Positions 14,243 to 28,333 of a stretch of DNA of 64,000 nt are shown one piece after another. The DNA lies in contig OZ024752.1 of the NCBI GenBank assembly GCA_964016885.1, positions 34,286,001 through 34,350,000 on the forward strand, written 5' to 3'. Numbering within the stretch: position 1 is the first letter of the stretch; each line of letters opens with the position of its first letter. A program made the translations under genes and the position numbers. This stretch comes from Eledone cirrhosa. Lineage: Eukaryota. The notes below the pieces were generated by a model. That model saw only the letters and a list, made by a program, of their open reading frames with translations. It searched no databases and was not told the DNA's origin.

Positions 14243-15719
14243 TATAACGTGAACAGAAATTTACATGAATAAAATTACAAGAACAAAAATAAAAATTATT
14301 CATGCAGTTCCCATACAATGGTATGCCACGGGCAGGGTAGCCGTGCTGAGCTTTGAGGGAACAACTCTACAAAGATTCTTGTTAATTGTCATATTGAACG
14401 TAAGGACACCTGAAGGAGTGGACACCTTCAAGTAACTGGGGCTCACAATGACCAAGTACATCAGGTGCTGTAAAAGGGGTCATCACCGCTGCTCTTTATC
14501 GTGACTAAACTTTAAAATCCTTTGCCTTCTCGATGGTCGGCTTTCAAATGTTGCTGTGATGGTTAATCCCTCAAACAAACCCCTCCCCCCCCACACACAC
14601 ACCACCACTACCTCCACCACTATCACCAATACCACCACCACCACTACCACCACCACCTCCACCACTACCACCACCGCCACTATTACCACCACCTTCACCA
14701 CTACCACTACCTTCACCACCACCACCACCACCACTACCACTATCACCACCTCCACCACTACCACTACCAGCACCACTACCACCACCTCCAGCACCATCAC
14801 CACCTCCACCCCTCCACCACTATCCCCCCCCCCCTCCACCACCACCACCACTGCTGTTGCATATTTCGAAGATGGTAGATGACTTTCCTCCTTGTACAAA
14901 GACGTGTGGACTTCGTCATTCTTAAGCTGTATTGTCTTTAAATCGAGGATTTAGTTGAAATAGTTTCCTTAGAGTTTCAAACTCTGTTTTGGAGCATGTA
15001 GAGGCCAAGAGGTGTTGTTAAACTAAGCGGTGTGTTCCTTACGTCTGACCCCTTAAAAAGGCCATGATGTTTGATTGTGACACCAGCACTAGAAAGGGTT
15101 ATTTCTGTAATCATATGGGCTTGTGTTGTGTATTTACACATACAGTATGGATACTGGGAAAGTCACTCTAGGGGGAAAGAGAATGACAGAGAAAGAAGAG
15201 AGGAGGGTGAGAGAGGGTGGAATAGAGAGAAAGGAGAGAGAAGGAGAAAGTGAGAAGGGAGAGAGAGGGAAAGAGAGAAGGGAGAGAGAGGGCGGGAGTG
15301 AGAAGGGATGGAAGAGAGGGAAATTGAGAAGGGAGAGAGAGGGCGGAAGTGAATAGAGAGAGGGGGAAGTGAATAGAGAGAGGGGGGAAGTGAGAAGGAA
15401 GGGAATAGAGAGAAGGGAGAGAGGGTGAAATTGAGAAGGGAAAGAGGGGGGAAGTGAGAAGGGAGAGAGAGGGGGGAAGAGAGAAGGGATGGAAGGGAAT
15501 AGAGAGAAGGGAGAGAGAGGGTGAAAGTGAGAAGGGAGAGAGAGAGGGGGGAAGAGAGAAGGGATGGAGAGGAATGAGAGAAGCAAGGGAAGGGGGGATA
15601 AGTGTGGGAAGGGTGAAAAGAGAGGAGGGAGAGATTGTGAAAAGTGAGAAAGTGAAAGGGAGAGAGGAGGGAGAAAGGCAGAGAGTGAAGGAGTGAGAAA
15701 CCGTGGGGGGGGGGGGGGG

Positions 15720-15868
15720 TCTTTATATTTTTCTTCTGAAAGGGAGAAAGACAGAGAGAGAGAGAGAGAGAGTGTGTGTGTGGCTTTATATTTTTCTTCT
15801 GAAAGGGAGAAAGACAGAGAGAGAGAGAGAGTGTGTGTGGCTTTATATTTTTCTTCTGAAAGGGAGAA

Positions 15869-15904
<36 letters not shown>

Positions 15905-16042
15905 TGTGTGGCTTTATATTTTTCTTCTGAAAGGGAGAAAGACAGAGAGAGAGAGAGAGAGAGAGAGAGTGTGTGTGGCTTTATATTTTTCTTCTGAAAG
16001 GGAGAAAGACAGAGAGAGAGAGAGACTTTATATTTTTCTTCT
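15720..16042. repeat. ~55-70-bp tandem repeat with embedded (GA)n, ~6 copies
   Basis: ctttatatttttcttctgaaagggagaaagac repeated. Confidence 0.9.
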
Positions 16043-16390
16043 GCTTTTGCTGTTAAGAAAAGTGTCAAAATTGTCATCTGGTGATAGATGACCTAAAATT
16101 GACATAATTAGCGGCGGCGGTACATAATACATGTTGCACCTTTGTGATATTTGTTGATTGTATACACCTGCAAAACTGTTCAGGTGTTCTCGTAAAACTT
16201 TTTAATTGTATTTCTTATCTATAATACGTCGCTACGTAGACATATTAATGTGAACAAGGTATTGCGGTGATATTTGAAGATTTAAACACCAATACACTAT
16301 TTAGTATTTGATTTGGTTTTGTTTACCTTTCATTTGTTTATTTATATATTTATTTGTTTATCTATTTTATTTATTTATTTGTTTATTTGT

Positions 16391-16421
<31 letters not shown>

Positions 16422-16719
16422 CTGCCGAGTAATTTAGGATTGGTCTACTTCAAAAGAAAGAAAACTAATCAACACATCCAACACTAGCATGTCGGATTGT
16501 TAAGAGTCGTAAGTTGTAGAATAAAATGTATTGCGGCAATTATTCTGTCTCTTTGCGTTCTGTTTTCAAATTCATCGGTAATTGATTTTTTTTAACCTTT
16601 CATCCCCTTTCGAGTCCGATAAAATTTGCTATGGTATAGTATAGTCCCCATAACTTCTGATAGAGTCGTAGGAACGCTGTATTGACATCCGGTGTTTCTT
16701 GGGTATTTTTTGCCTGGAG

Positions 16720-17495
16720 GAGCCCATTCCTCTCCATGTGAATATATGTATGGTATGGTATGGTCCCGTAACTTCTTTTGGGGGCATTTTAAGCCTGGAA
16801 CAGCCCTTCCCTCTCCATGTGAATATATGTATGGTATGGTATGGTCCCGTAACTTCTTTTGGGGGCATTTTAAGCCTGGGACAGCCCTTCCCTCTCCATG
16901 TGAATATATGTATGGTATGGTATGGTCCCGTAACTTCTTTTGGGGGCATTTTAAGCCTGGAACAGCCCTTCCCTCTCCATGTGAATATATGTATGGTATG
17001 GTCCCGTAACTTCTTTTGGGGGCATTTTAAGCCTGGAACAGCCCTTCCCTCTCCATGTGAATATATGTATGGTATGGTATGGTCCCGTAACTTCTTTTGG
17101 GGGGCATTTTAAGCCTGGAACAGCCCTTCCCTCTCCATGTGAATATATGTATGGTATGGTATGGTCCCGTAACTTCTTTTGGGGGCATTTTAAGCCTGGA
17201 ACAGCCCTTCCCTCTCCATGTGAATATATGTATGGTATGGTATGGTCCCGTAACTTCTTTTGGGGGGCATTTTAAGCCTGGAACAGCCCTTCCCTCTCCA
17301 TGTGAATATATGTATGGTATGGTATGGTCCCGTAACTTCTTTTGGGGGGCATTTTAAGCCTGGAACAGCCCTTCCCTCTCCATGTGAATATATGTATGGT
17401 ATGGTATGGTCCCGTAACTTCTTTTGGGGGGCATTTTAAGCCTGGAACAGCCCTTCCCTCTCCATGTGAATATATGTATGTATGGTCCCGTAACT
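16720..17495. repeat. ~81-bp minisatellite, ~9.5 copies
   Basis: Period 81-82 (cctctccatgtgaatatatg at ~16730, 16811, 16892, 16972...); related diverged units at 19500-19695. Confidence 0.95.
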
Positions 17496-17842
17496 CTTGA
17501 TTTTTAGAGACGCCGTATTGACATACGGCATCTCTTGGGCATTTTTAAGCCTGGCGGAGCCCATTTCTCTCCAGGCCAGAATATAGTAGATTTCTTCCAG
17601 AGAAAGATAGAAAGTGAGAGAGAGGAAATGAGAAAGAGATATATAGGAAGAATCGACCCCAGTACAAGACTGGTATTTTTTTTTATCGACCTCGAAAGAA
17701 TTGGTAAGAGTCGTAAGTTGTAGAACAAAATGTCTTGCGGCAATTATTCCGTCTCTCTGTGTTCTGTTTTCAAATTCATCCGAGATTGATTTTTTTTACC
17801 TTTCATCCCCATTCGGGTTCGATAAAATATAGTATGGTATGG

Positions 17843-17888
<46 letters not shown>

Positions 17889-17984
17889 AATGAAGTAATT
17901 CCGTCGAAAAAGTCCAGGAAAAAAGAGTGCTCTATGTAGGTAACAGAGCTTAATAGTTATGTAATAAACAACATAAGGCAATTA

Positions 17985-18044
17985 TTCCATTTACCAGTGG
18001 TTTCTTAAAAGCAAAAAATTTTGCTTTCAATCCTCAGAATGAAA
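17985..18044 (-). ncRNA. Type-I hammerhead ribozyme (inverted copy)
   Basis: Reverse complement of 18111-18170 apart from stem II loop changes. Confidence 0.8.
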
Positions 18045-18110
18045 AAATCCTGGTCTGTTTAATGAATTTGGATTTTTAAAAATCCAAATTCAATAAACAG
18101 ACCAGGATTT

Positions 18111-18170
18111 TTTCATTCTGAGGATTGAAAGCAACATTTTTTGCTTTTAAGAAACCACTGGTAAATGGAA
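18111..18170 (+). ncRNA. Type-I hammerhead ribozyme
   Basis: TTTCATT CTGAGGA TTGAAAGCAA catttt TTGCTTTTAA GAAA CC act GG TA AATGGAA. Confidence 0.82.
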
Positions 18171-18195
18171 TAATTGCCTTATGTTGTTTATTACA

Positions 18196-18242
<47 letters not shown>

Positions 18243-18322
18243 GAAATGAGCGGAACAAGCAAACTTTAAACATTCTTTTAAAATAGATTAAAATACAATT
18301 TAAATATTTACCTATCCATATT

Positions 18323-18401
18323 GCTTTTACCGACGGTTTCGCCTCACAAAAGATTGGAAATCCAGGGGACTTCCAATTGAAAGATCGGCTCTTCAGAAAG
18401 C
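18323..18401 (-). ncRNA. Type-I hammerhead ribozyme
   Basis: GCTTT CTGAAGA GCC...ATTGGAAGTCC cct GGATTTCCAAT...GGC GAAA CC gtc GG TA AAAGC. Confidence 0.82.
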
Positions 18402-19024
18402 TATTTCCCTTACATAGGACGTATAGTCCCATAGCAAGCAAATACATCGCCTACCGCCACATAGTGAAAGCTCGAGTGGGCCGTAAAATGACCTACACGT
18501 GAACTGGTCGTTTAGTAAAAGCGGGAATATTATAGACGTGTTGTTTGCCACACTACTAAAAATAGCAGCTAGGTACAACGTTTTTTTCTCTACACATGGG
18601 AGAATATACATAAAATGAGATCAATATCCCCACAGGTACTAAGTACCTATGGAAATATATAGGGTGTCTATGATACAGTGGTTGTTCAATATATACATAT
18701 ATATATGGGTTGATGCAATTCAATTCAAGCACTCAACGTACTTTTTCCACATAGGAGTGACGGAGTAAATATCGAATAAGGAAAAGCGAAGTAGTTTCAG
18801 ATGTTCAAGTCCTTTAATAATAATTGTTTCTACTTTTTGGCACAAGGCCAGCAATTACCCAGTGCATTACTGGTACTTTATTTCATCGACCCCGTGAGGA
18901 TGAAAGGCAAAGTTAACCTCGGCGGGATTTGAACTCAGAATGGTAAGGGACGTAACTCTATGCGTCAAAGCATGGCGTCTGACCCTCTACCGATACTGCC
19001 AATCCACCGTCCTTTAATAATAAT

Positions 19025-19098
19025 GCTGTGATATATATTTCAGTGACGACACTGGCCACACTGTTCTGTGTGCGAGTGTCGTGTCATCATCAGACAGC
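19025..19098 (-). ncRNA. Type-I hammerhead ribozyme (inverted copy)
   Basis: Reverse complement of 19130-19203. Confidence 0.75.
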
Positions 19099-19129
19099 TT
19101 GTTACATAATAAGGTTATGTTTGTAACAA

Positions 19130-19203
19130 GCTGTCTGATGATGACACGACACTCGCACACAGAACAGTGTGGCCAGTGTCGTCACTGAAATATATATCAC
19201 AGC
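19130..19203 (+). ncRNA. Type-I hammerhead ribozyme
   Basis: GCTGT CTGATGA tgac ACGACACT..CACAC..GTGTG..AGTGTCGT cact GAAA TATATA TC ACAGC; base of stem II imperfect. Confidence 0.75.
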
Positions 19204-20468
19204 ATTATTATTAAAGGACTTGGATTAAGGGCGGTGGATTGGCAGTATCGGTAGAGGGTCGGACGCCATGCTTTGTCGCATAGAGTTACGGCCCTTGCCA
19301 TTCTGAGTTCAAATCCCGCCGAGGTTAACTTTGCCTTTCATCCTTATGGGGTCGATAAAATAAAGTACCAGTAATACACTGGTTAATTGCTGGCCTTGTG
19401 CCAAAAGTAGAAACAATTATTATTAAAGGACTTGAACATCTGAAACTACTTCGCTTTTCCTTATTCTATATATATATGGTATATATAGTATGGTAACTCC
19501 TTGGAGAGTCGTAGAAACGCCGTATTGACATACGGCGTCTCTTGGGTATTTTAAGCCTGGCGGAGCCCATTTCTCACCATGTAAATACATGTGTGTATGG
19601 TCCCAATAACTCTTGATAGAGTCGTGGGGGCGCTGTATTGACATACGGCGTCTCTTGGGTATTTGAAGCTTGGCGGAGCCCATTTCTCTCCAGGCCTGAG
19701 TACAACAGATTTCTTCCAGAGAGAGAGAGAGAGAGGGGGAGAGGAAATGAGAAAGAGATATAGAGGAAGAATCGATCCCAGTACTAGACTGGTACTTATT
19801 TTATTGACCTCGAAAGGATGAAAGGCAAAGTTGACCTCAGCAGGATTTGAACTCAAAGAGCATATAGAGAGCCGGAACAAATACCATATCGCATTCTATC
19901 TGACGTTCTAACGACTCTGCCAATTCGCCGCCTCTCTATAAAATATATGACACTACTAATCCAGGGTGGTGACTTTGCAGGAATTCTAGAGCGTCGGGCC
20001 AAATGCTTTGGGGGTATGCGATCCTGCTTTCTGCGTTCTGTATTCAAATTCATTCGAGATTGATTATATATTTTTCATCCACTTTCGGGTTCGATAAAAT
20101 ATATGACACAACTAATCCAGGGTGGTGACTTTGCGGGAAATCTAGGGTGTTGGACGAGATGTCTTAGGGATATACGTGTTCCGGTTCTTTGCGCTTTTTT
20201 TTTTTTTTTTTTTTTTTTGGTGGGGTTCTTGGGTGGTAGCTAGATGTAACCCATCGCTCGGTTTAACACCACCATCATCTGAAACTTGGGTTCCTTTAGT
20301 GGGATTCATTATGTTTCAAGCATTTAGGAGGGGATCACGGATCCGAAGATAACTTCCTCATTTCTCCCCACCCATCTTGGAGTCTCTTCAAATAAAAGAG
20401 TCTTCCGCGATGTCTTTTTTTTTTGTCTAAACAATAAAACATTTTATTAACCCTGATTTTTCAAATAG

Positions 20469-20539
<71 letters not shown>

Positions 20540-20540
<1 letters not shown>

Positions 20541-20890
20541 GTATGTAAAAGGTAAACAGAAATAACAACACAATCGGTACAGTATATGGACGGAATATAT
20601 TAGGTTAACACTTGAAATAGCAGGAAGAGGGTCTTAACGTTTCGGACGCTAGTCCTTCATCAGAAGAAAGAATGAGAAATAAGATAGATTGAAGGGACAG
20701 GCGGGTTGGAATTGGAAAATAATGTCTTTAGATAAAAATAACAGGTCCACTCATGTTGACATCTCTTAGCGTTCGAAACGTTAAGACCCTCTTCCTGCTA
20801 TTTCAAGCGTTAACCTAATATATTCCTGCCATATACTATACCGATTGTGTTGTTATTTCTGTTTTCCTTTTACACATACACACACACATA
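20540..20890. mobile_element. Fold-back element flanked by (CA)n, same family as 1190-1380 and 37275-37375
   Basis: Arms ~20545-20644 and 20773-20873 are inverted; hammerhead at the inner edge of the left arm. Confidence 0.8.
20632..20667 (-). ncRNA. Minimal type-I hammerhead ribozyme
   Basis: TCTT CTGATGA aGGAC tagc GTCC GAAA CG TT AAGA; stem III is the loopless palindrome ACGT (dimer-type). Confidence 0.7.
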
Positions 20891-21047
20891 TATATGTAGA
20901 TAAATCTACCAAAAATTTACGGTAGTGTCCAATCCGTATGAAGAACTCAATGTAATCCGGATATCATGAAAAGAGAAGATGCATTCAAAAACTATTTTCG
21001 GTGAAAATTAACGGAAAACAGAGTCACGATGTTCAATAAACAAATAT

Positions 21048-21187
21048 CATTATTTCTGATGACAGCATATATATGTGTAGGTATGTATATTCCCTCTGAT
21101 AGTTTGTATAAATATTTTACATAGATCTATAGAATATGCATACCAACACTAACACATATATGTCCTAGAAACGATCGTAAAATGATG
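21048..21187 (+). ncRNA. Type-I hammerhead with ~105-nt stem II
   Basis: CATTATTT CTGATGA ...(ATATATGTGT/ACACATATAT; GGTATGTATATTC/GAATATGCATACC)... GAAA CGATCG TA AAATGATG; 8-bp stem I. Confidence 0.75.
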
Positions 21188-21237
21188 AATTTTTTTAATA
21201 TAAGGAACTGTTTCTTTGTTTATTCATTACTTCATTA

Positions 21238-21276
<39 letters not shown>

Positions 21277-21384
21277 TGGATGAATACTTCAACAGGCACT
21301 AGGTACCTATAGAAATATGCAAGGTGTTTATAATAGTTGTGGTTCGATGGTACTAATTTGAGATACCAGAACAATATAAAAAGA

Positions 21385-21657
21385 GCGGAGCAAGCAATTA
21401 TCAAACAATTCTCTAAATAAATAAAAAAAACGATTTAAATAATCACCTGTTCTATTGCTGTTACCGACGGTTTCACCAATCCAAAAATTGGAAATCCAGA
21501 GAATTTCCAATGGAAAGAATTGGATCTTCAGACAGCTTATTTCCATACTATAAGGTTGCTAGATTGGTGAAACCGTCGGTAACAGCAATAGAACAGGTGA
21601 TTATTTAAATCGTTTTTTAATTTATTTAGAGAATTGTTTGATAATTGCTTGCTCCGC
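21385..21657. mobile_element. Fold-back element (~97-bp arms) with hammerhead, homologous to 18245-18410
   Basis: 21385-21481 is the reverse complement of 21562-21657. Confidence 0.85.
21457..21536 (-). ncRNA. Type-I hammerhead ribozyme
   Basis: GCTGT CTGAAGA tCCAATTC..ATTGGAAATTC tct GGATTTCCAAT..GGATTGGt GAAA CC gtc GG TA ACAGC. Confidence 0.8.
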
Positions 21658-21684
21658 CCGCTCTCTTCCGCTCTCTCTCTCTCA

Positions 21685-21718
<34 letters not shown>

Positions 21719-21852
21719 CAACGCTTACGTGGACCTCTCAAATTCGTTGGATTTTCAAATTGGATTTTCACCTCGAAATTGGATAACAATCCGGATTATA
21801 CCTGAACTTCCACCAGGAAATCTTTCGTATCATTGAAATTTTCTTTGCTTCT

Positions 21853-21899
<47 letters not shown>

Positions 21900-22025
21900 G
21901 TAGGAGGTGAGTTTTATTGTAGTACAATAAAGCAATGCAGATATCGGATAAGAAGCACTCTACAGTTTGTGGGACTGGAGTATGCATAATATAAGATCAA
22001 AAGATGGTTAAAGGAGTTCAATATA

Positions 22026-22092
22026 TTTTATTATGCGCATTTCAAAAACAAACATCATCAAACAATAATATTTGTGTTTTCATCAGATAAAA
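22026..22092 (-). ncRNA. Type-I hammerhead ribozyme (inverted copy)
   Basis: Reverse complement of 22222-22288. Confidence 0.8.
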
Positions 22093-22221
22093 CAGGAGAA
22101 CATGATATGAAGGCTAAAAAAACACTTGTTGATAGTGCAGTTTTAAATCAACATATGATATGTTGATTTAAAACTGCACTATCAACAAGTGTTTTTTTAG
22201 CCTTCATATCATGTTCTCCTG

Positions 22222-22288
22222 TTTTATCTGATGAAAACACAAATATTATTGTTTGATGATGTTTGTTTTTGAAATGCGCATAATAAAA
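22222..22288 (+). ncRNA. Type-I hammerhead ribozyme
   Basis: TTTTAT CTGATGA AAAcACAAATATTATT gttt GATGATGTTTGTtTTT GAAA TGCGCA TA ATAAAA; G-U-rich stem II. Confidence 0.82.
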
Positions 22289-22320
22289 TATATTGAACTC
22301 CTTTAACCATCTTTTGATCT

Positions 22321-22364
<44 letters not shown>

Positions 22365-22395
22365 AACACATAATATTTATATGTGCATACATACA

Positions 22396-22449
<54 letters not shown>

Positions 22450-22609
22450 TATATATTTTAAATATATACTGTATATACACATAAACACACATTATGTATA
22501 TATACATATATTTTAAATATATATATATATATATATATAAATACATATATATACATAAACACACATTATGTGTGTATATATATATATATACACATACATA
22601 CATAAGTAT

Positions 22610-22642
<33 letters not shown>

Positions 22643-22746
22643 AGTACACACACGTACACATGTATTACTATTACATGTCTTAACTCACCTATTTGTGGAA
22701 AATGTGTAGCGGATTGTCTGGGAATGTTAATGTTAATTGCAATAGA

Positions 22747-24279
22747 TGTGGTGGGGGGGTAGTGGTGGTGGTGGTGGTGGTGGTGGGGGTGGGGGTGTTG
22801 GTAGTGGTGGTGGTGGTGGTGGTGGTGGTGTTGGTGGTGGTGTGTGGTGGTGGTGGTGGTGGTGGTGGTGGTGGCGGTGGTGGTGTTGGTGGTGGTGGTG
22901 TTGGTGGTGGTGTTGTGGTGTAGTGGGGGGGTGTAGTGGTGGTTGTGGTGGTTGGTGGTGGTGTTGGTGGGGGTGGTGGTGTTGGTGGTGGTGTTAGTGG
23001 TGGCGGTGGTGGTGTTGGCGGTGGTGGTGTTGGTGGTGTTGGTGGTGTTGGTGGTGGTGGTGGTGGTAGTGGTGGTGGTGGTGGTGGTGGTGGTGGTGGT
23101 GGTGGTGGTGTTGGTGGTGGTGGTGGTGGTGGTGGTAGTGGTGATGGTGGTGGTGGTGGTGGTGTAGGCGGTGGTGGTGGTGGTGGGGGTGGTGGTGGTG
23201 TTGGTGGTGGCGGTGGTGGTGACGGTGGTTGTGGTGGTGGTGGTGGTGGTGGTGGTGGTGTTAGTGGTGGCGGTGGTGGTGTTGGCGGTGGTGGTGGTGG
23301 TGGTGTTGGTGGTGTTGGTGGTGGTGGTGGTGGTAGTGGTGGTGGTGGTGGTGGTAGTGGTGATGGTGGTGGTGGTGGTGGTGGTGGTGGTGTTGGTGGT
23401 GGTGGGGGTGGGGGGGGGGGTGTTGGTGTTGGTGTTGGTGGTGATGGTGATGGTGGTGATGGTGATGGTGGTGGTGTTGGTGTTGGTGTTCGTGGTGTTG
23501 GTGGTGATGGTGTTGGTGTTGGTGGTGTTGGTGCTGGTGGTGATAGTGATGGTGGTGGTGATAGTGTTGGTGGTAGTGATGTTGATAATGATGGTGGTGG
23601 TGTTGGTGGTAGTGATGGTGATAGTGATGGTGTTGGTGGTGGTGGTAGTGATGGTGGTGGTGTTGGTGGTAGTGATAGTGATGGTGGTGGTGTTGGTGGT
23701 GGTGTTGGTGGTAGTGATGGTGGTGGTGTTGGTGGTAGTGATGGTGATAGTGATGGTGGTGGTGTTGGTGGTGGTGTTGGTGGTAGTGATGGTGGTGGTG
23801 TTGGTGGTAGTGATGTTGATAGTGATGGTGGTGGTGTTGGTGGTAGTGATGGTGATAGTGATGGTGGTGGTGTTGGTGGTAATGATGGCGATAGTGATGG
23901 TGGTGGTGTTGGTGGTAGTGATGTTGATAATGATGGTGGTGGTGTTGGTGGTAGTGATGGTGATAGTGATGGTGGTGGTGTTGGTGGTAGTGATGTTGAT
24001 AATGATGGTGGTGGTGTTGGTGGTAGTGATGGTGATGGTGGTGGTGATGGTGATTATGGTGGTAGTGGCGGTGGTGGTGGTAGTGATGGTGGTGGCGGGG
24101 GGTGGGTGGGTGATAGTGGTGGTGGTAGTAGTGGCGGGGGGTGATGGTGGTGGTGGTAGTAGAGGCGATAGTGGTGGTGGTGGTGGTGGTGGTAGAGGCG
24201 ATAGTGGTGGTGGTAGTAGTGGCGGGGGGTGATGGTGGTGGTGGTAGTAGAGGCGAAAGTGATGGTGGTGGTGGTGGTA
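22747..24279. repeat. (GGT)n-type trinucleotide low-complexity tract
   Basis: Direct inspection; poly-Gly/Val ORFs are artefacts. Confidence 0.95.
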
Positions 24280-24304
24280 TGGAAGAAATATTTAACTCTC
24301 ACCA

Positions 24305-24755
24305 TCCGGCATGTTGTCCGACGCTCTACCGATTACTGCCAACCCACCACCTTGACTAGTTATATATAATTGTTTCTACTTTTGGCATAAGGCCAGCAAT
24401 TACCCAGTGTATTACTGGTACTTTATTTTATCGACCCCGTAAGGATGAAAGGCAAAGTTAACCTCGGCGGGATTTGAACTCAGACCATAAAGGGCCGTAA
24501 CTCTTTGCTGCAAAGCATGGCGTCTGACCCTCTACCGATACTGCCAATGCACCGCCCTTATAACGTAAAATAACTGTTTCTACTTTAGGCACAAGGCCAG
24601 CAATTACACAGTGCATTACTGGTACTTTATTTTATCGACCCCGTAAGGATGAAAGGCAAAGTCAACCTCGGCGGGATTTGAACTCAGATCGTAAAGGGAC
24701 GTAACTATGCTGGAAAGCATGGCGTCCGACCCTCTACCGATACTGCCAATCCACC
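24305..24755 (-). mobile_element. Cluster of dominant-family SINEs (2 full + 1 partial)
   Basis: Reverse-complement SINE consensus repeated. Confidence 0.85.
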
Positions 24756-24872
24756 AATAATACACAGCTTTATGAAACCCTTTCACAGGTTCAATTCCCT
24801 AGAAACCTAACCCCCCAGACACCATCCGCCTACACCACACTAAGGTATTTACAATAAATAAATATTCACGGT

Positions 24873-24910
<38 letters not shown>

Positions 24911-25738
24911 CCCGTTAATGTAGGAAGCTCCCTCTTTCCTCTTCTCCCCTATATACCGAGGTTGTAGTGGTTGTTGGAGTTCTGATACACTGAGCAAGTC
25001 AACTTATATAGTTTTGTAGTTTTGTCTCTTCCTCACAGACTGTCGTCTGACAGTGACAGCAAAATGTCGTCTGGTTTACAAATATTCTCCATTGCACTCT
25101 CATCATATCTGGTTTCTCTCTTTCTTTTCTTTCTTTCTCTATGCCTTTCTCACCCTCTTTCTTTTCTTTCTCTCTCTCCCTTTCTCATCCTATTTCTTTC
25201 TTTCTTTCTCCCTTTCTTTCTTTCTTTCTTTCTTTCTTTCTCTCTCCTTTTCTTTCTTTTTCCCTTTCCCTCTCCCTTTCTTTCTTTTTTTCTTTCTTTC
25301 CCTATTTCTCTCTCTCTCTCTCCCTTTCATTTTTTCTTTCTTTTTTCGTTTCTCCCTCCTCTCTCTCCCTCTTTCTCTTTTTCTTCATCCTTCCTTTCTC
25401 CCCCCCCCTCCCACCCCCCCAGGAAGGTCGACAATCTTCTATCTTCCTAAGGAACAACTACAAAATTTAATTAACTCCAGACGTTTACCTTAGCTAGAAA
25501 GAAGACATCTTAAAGGTAAACGGTAAAAGGTAAAGTTAGTATCTGACATCTTTTCACCTCTAACCCCTTCTGTTTCACCCCATCCCCTTTTTTTTTTTTT
25601 TTTTTTTTTTTACTACCCATCATAATCATCTCCACCGATGTCCTTATCTTCGTCATAACAACAACAACAACAACAACACTATAATATAATGATAATAATA
25701 ATGATGATAATGATGATGATAATGGTGATGTTAATAAT

Positions 25739-25925
25739 AATTGTTTCTACTTTAGGCACAAGGCCAGCAAATACCCAGTGCATTACTGGTACTTTATTTT
25801 ATCGACCCCGTAAGGATGAAAGGCAAAGTCAACCTCGGCGGGACTTGAACTCAGATCGTAAAGGGACGTAACTATGCTGGAAAGCATGGCGTCCGACCCT
25901 CTACCGATATTGCCAATCCACCGCC
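25739..25925 (-). mobile_element. Dominant-family SINE
   Basis: Full consensus; flanked by duplicated tggtgatgttaataataa (probable TSD). Confidence 0.88.
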
Positions 25926-26047
25926 TTTGGTGATGTTAATAATAATAATATTTATTTAGCTACCGGTGTGTGTGTGTGTGGGGAGGGGGGTGGGGGGCAA
26001 TTAGATTCAGTTTCATTCATACATAGCATTACATGAATCGTTGAAAC

Positions 26048-26116
<69 letters not shown>

Positions 26117-26199
26117 GGGGGGGTTAGTAGGTACTACAGAAAAAAACCCCCAAAGAAACTTGTTAGGGTGAGGGAGACAAAGTTATATATATATATATA

Positions 26200-26401
26200 A
26201 CGAAGGAATTGTGGTAAGAAACCAGATGGACCATAACGCACCAGAGTACTCAATACTTAGGGTGGGAGAGTGGGAAATAGGAAAAAGTATGACCCCGACG
26301 CCAGAGCTCAAGCCGTTTCGACGGCTATTTCTGGACTAAGTAGTCCAGAAATAGCCGTCGAAACGGCTTGAACTCTGCCGTCGGGGTCATACTTTTTCCT
26401 A

Positions 26402-26402
<1 letters not shown>
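26200..26402. mobile_element. Fold-back element (family of 13533 and 47917)
   Basis: Palindrome 26277-26402 plus shared tail; flanked by (TA)n. Confidence 0.8.
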
Positions 26403-27541
<1,139 letters not shown>

Positions 27542-28333
27542 AACGAGAAGGCTGGTCTTAGGAACGTTATATAAAGAAAACTCTTTGGATAATATATGTA
27601 AAATATAATAGATATATAATAGATATATAATAGATATATAATAGATATATAATAGATATATAATAGATATATAATAGATATATAATAGATATATAATAGA
27701 TATATAATAGATATATAATAGATATATAATAGATATATAATAGATATATAATAGATATATAATAGATATATAATAGACATATAATAGATATATAATAGAT
27801 ATATAATAGATATATAATAGATATATAATAGATATATAATAGACATATAATAGATATATAATAGAAATATAATAGAAATATAATAGATATATAATAGATA
27901 TATAATAGACATATAATAGATATATAATAGATATATAATAGATATATAATAGATATATAATAGATATATAATAGATATATAATAGATATATAATAGATAT
28001 ATAATAGATATATAATAAATATATAATAGATATATAATAGATATATAATAGATATATATTAGATATATAATAGATATATAATAGATATATAATAAATATA
28101 TAATAAATATATAATAGATATATAATAGATATATAATAGATATATAATAGATATATAATAGATATATAATAAATATATAATAGATATATAATAGATATAT
28201 AATAAATATATAATAGATATATAATAGATATATAATAGATATATAATAGATATATAATAAATATATAATAGATATATAATAGATATATAATAAATATATA
28301 ATAGATATATAATAGATAAATAATAGATATATA

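Larger units (their letters stand above)
17953..18202. mobile_element. Fold-back element with a hammerhead in each arm
   Basis: Near-perfect ~125-bp-arm palindrome centred at ~18077, ending in (TA)n. Confidence 0.85.
18773..19467. mobile_element. Large fold-back element: each arm has a hammerhead and a SINE insertion
   Basis: Outer arms gaataaggaaaagcgaagtagtttcagatgttcaagtcc match; inner arms 19009-19105/19123-19219; SINEs at ~18815-19010 (-) and ~19227-19420 (+). Confidence 0.85.
21897..22328. mobile_element. Fold-back element with a hammerhead in each arm, between (TA)n tracts
   Basis: Perfect palindrome 21986-22328 (~170-bp arms); unpaired end 21897-21985 recurs inverted at 36388-36473. 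Confidence 0.88.

Noticed and set aside
22936-24232. Gly/Asp-rich 402-aa and Val-rich 353-aa ORFs
   Set aside because: (GGT)n low-complexity tract with no start or splice context; similar tracts occur at 14.6 and 41.6 kb
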